Program-made: the position numbers and the translations under genes
Source of the DNA: Candidatus Saccharimonadota bacterium
GTDB lineage: Bacteria; Pseudomonadota; Gammaproteobacteria; Enterobacterales; Enterobacteriaceae
DNA length: 32,000 nucleotides
Reading direction: 5' to 3'
Assembly: GCA_049942765.1 (NCBI GenBank)
Contig: CP188086.1
Location: forward strand, 30,001-62,000
Notes under the pieces: generated by a model
Database searches by the model: none
Seen by the model: only the letters and a program-made list of their open reading frames with translations
What the model was told of the DNA's origin: nothing
Shown: positions 30,265 to 32,000 of the stretch, piece by piece
Position numbering within the stretch: the first letter of the stretch is position 1
How the letters are laid out: each line of letters starts with the position of its first letter

Positions 30265-31398
30265 ATTATTGTAACAACATGATGTATCTTTTTTATCTAA
30301 GGTTAATTGGTTTTTTAAATTACAGTATTAATTAATATTATTGTAATTACAAAAGATATAAAATCATTATATTTAATTTTAATTGATAATGTTATAGAGG
30401 TACTCTCATTTGAGTATTTTATTTATTTTTGTATATATTTTATATGTATTTATTTTTATTAAAATAATTGTTGTATGAACATAAAAATTTTTAAATAAAA
30501 TTAATTTTTTTTAATTGATAGAAGTTATTTTGAGATTTTTTGATATTTAAATATTATGTAATTTTTATTTGTATTATTGAGATATTTATTGTTTAAATTT
30601 TATGTATAAAATATATATATGAAATATATATTATTATATATGTTTTATTTTATTTTTAATATTTTTATTGATTACTAATGTTAGTATATTTTTAGATATA
30701 TGCAAAGATAAGTTCTAATTTATTGTGAAATATAAATATTTGTTTTTATATGTATCTATATAGTATGGGATAGATAAAATTTATTTTAAGATATAAGATT
30801 TGAATATTAATTATTAGAAAATGTATTTATATTCTAGAATGTTTTAATAAATCTTCAATGTTTTTAATTATATACTTAACATTGTTAAGTATTTTATTTC
30901 AGTGTTTGTTATATGTATTTGTACATATTTTATGTAGTTCTAATGTATTAGATAATTATTGTTGTAGAACAATATGTTTTTAATAATTTTTTTTGATTTT
31001 TTTATATAAATATATTTTTGTATTGTATAAATTCAATAATATTTTCTGTTGATTATTAATTATTTAATAAAATTATTATATTAAAAATGTTTATTTTTTA
31101 TTCATATATTTTATATAATTTTGTTATATATATTTTTTTTAATAAAGAATATTTATATTTTTTAATAAAAATATATATTAATAATTGTATAGAAAAATGA
31201 AAATTAAAAATGAATAAATATATTTAATAAAACTAGATATTGCTGATTTTTACTCTTTTTAATAAAGATGTTTAAAATATTTATAATATATATGATTTGA
31301 TTCAATGTTCTATTGTTTTGTTCAATAAGTCACTATGTGTATGATATAATTTAATTGAATAGATATTTCAACAAAAAATTGAAAGAAAGGTAATTGGT
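30265..31398. other. Gene-free AT-rich spacer of about 1.13 kb between the divergent dnaB and ssb
   Basis: The six-frame track lists no ORF here and there is no tRNA-like segment. It contains one perfect 9-bp hairpin at 30872-30892. Confidence 0.8.
31321..31350 (+). promoter_or_regulatory. Candidate sigma70 promoter for ssb: -35 TTCAAT, 18-nt spacer, extended -10 TGaTATAAT
   Basis: ttcaat(31321-31326), 18 nt, tg(31342-31343) a tataat(31345-31350), about 48 nt upstream of the ssb ATG. TATAAT-like hexamers are frequent by chance in DNA this AT-rich. Confidence 0.25.
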
Positions 31399-31959
31399 AT
31401 GGCTAGCAGGGGTGTAAATAAAGTTATTTTAATTGGATATTTGGGACAAGATCCTGATATTCGTTATATGTCTAATGGTAATGCTGTAGCTAATATGACA
31501 TTAGCTACATCTGAGACTTGGAAAGATAAAAATACTGCTGAAGTGAAAGAAAGAACAGAATGGCATCGAATTGTGTTGTTTGGTAAATTAGCGGAGATAG
31601 CAGGAGAGTATTTAAGAAAAGGATCTCAAGTATATATTGAAGGTGCTTTACAAACAAGAAAATGGCAAGATCAAAATGGTTTAGATCGTTATATTACAGA
31701 AATTATTGTTAATATATCTGGTACTATGAAAATGTTAGGAAATCGAAATTCTACTAGTTTACCATCTTCAAATTCTATAAAAAAAACTTCAAATAAGTTT
31801 TCTTTAAAAGAAGAAAATATTTTGGAAGATGATTCAACTACGAATTCATATAAAGAAAAAAATGTTTTAGAGAATCCGGTTAAAAATATGTTAAAAGAAA
31901 AAAATATTGTCGAAAATACTTTATCACCGATAGATTTTGATGATGATATTCCTTTTTAA
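31399..31959 (+). CDS. ssb: Single-stranded DNA-binding protein
   Basis: [44 protein letters not shown]...[37 protein letters not shown] and the acidic tail DFDDDIPF match E. coli SSB ([44 protein letters not shown]..., DFDDDIPF). Confidence 0.95.
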   Translation: MASRGVNKVILIGYLGQDPDIRYMSNGNAVANMTLATSETWKDKNTAEVKERTEWHRIVLFGKLAEIAGEYLRKGSQVYIEGALQTRKWQDQNGLDRYITEIIVNISGTMKMLGNRNSTSLPSSNSIKKTSNKFSLKEENILEDDSTTNSYKEKNVLENPVKNMLKEKNIVENTLSPIDFDDDIPF

Positions 31960-32000
31960 GAATAGAATGTATTTATTTTATAAATATAGCTCAATATATA

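Overview
This is an extremely AT-rich, syntenic chromosomal segment of a reduced-genome, Enterobacterales-derived insect endosymbiont. Gene content and order fit a Buchnera aphidicola-type genome best; that is an inference from synteny blocks and protein similarity recalled from E. coli orthologs, with no database search run. I can support 27 housekeeping protein genes: fpr (partial), hslVU, rpmE, orn, pgi, miaA, hflKC, purA, rnr, rpsF-rpsR-rplI, cysQ, dut, ibpA, pyrE, sbcB, yggX, mutY, trmB, hemW/yggW, ruvX/yqgF, gshB, dnaB and ssb. There are also 3 tRNA genes: Gly-GCC, Ile2-CAU and Asn-GUU. I see no mobile element, CRISPR array, phage remnant, toxin/defence module or other accessory island, and no convincing novel multi-gene system. 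The features worth a second look are all signatures of ongoing genome erosion and its possible rescue. (1) The miaA 5' end is split from its only ATG by an A12 tract, and a +1 A transcript slip or a -1 ribosomal slip would restore a conserved N-terminus. (2) Three gene-free, nearly G/C-less spacers of about 1.1 to 2.5 kb are unusual in such a compact genome; the largest sits where amiB-mutL lie in E. coli. (3) hflK and hflC both appear to have disrupted 3' ends, with ortholog-like C-terminal codons surviving beyond a premature stop (hflK) or in another frame (hflC). (4) Intact genes carry long in-frame poly(A) runs. (5) A solitary GC-rich perfect hairpin lies between dut and ibpA, and a sigma32-like promoter lies upstream of ibpA. 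All alignments were done by eye against remembered E. coli sequences and need computational confirmation.
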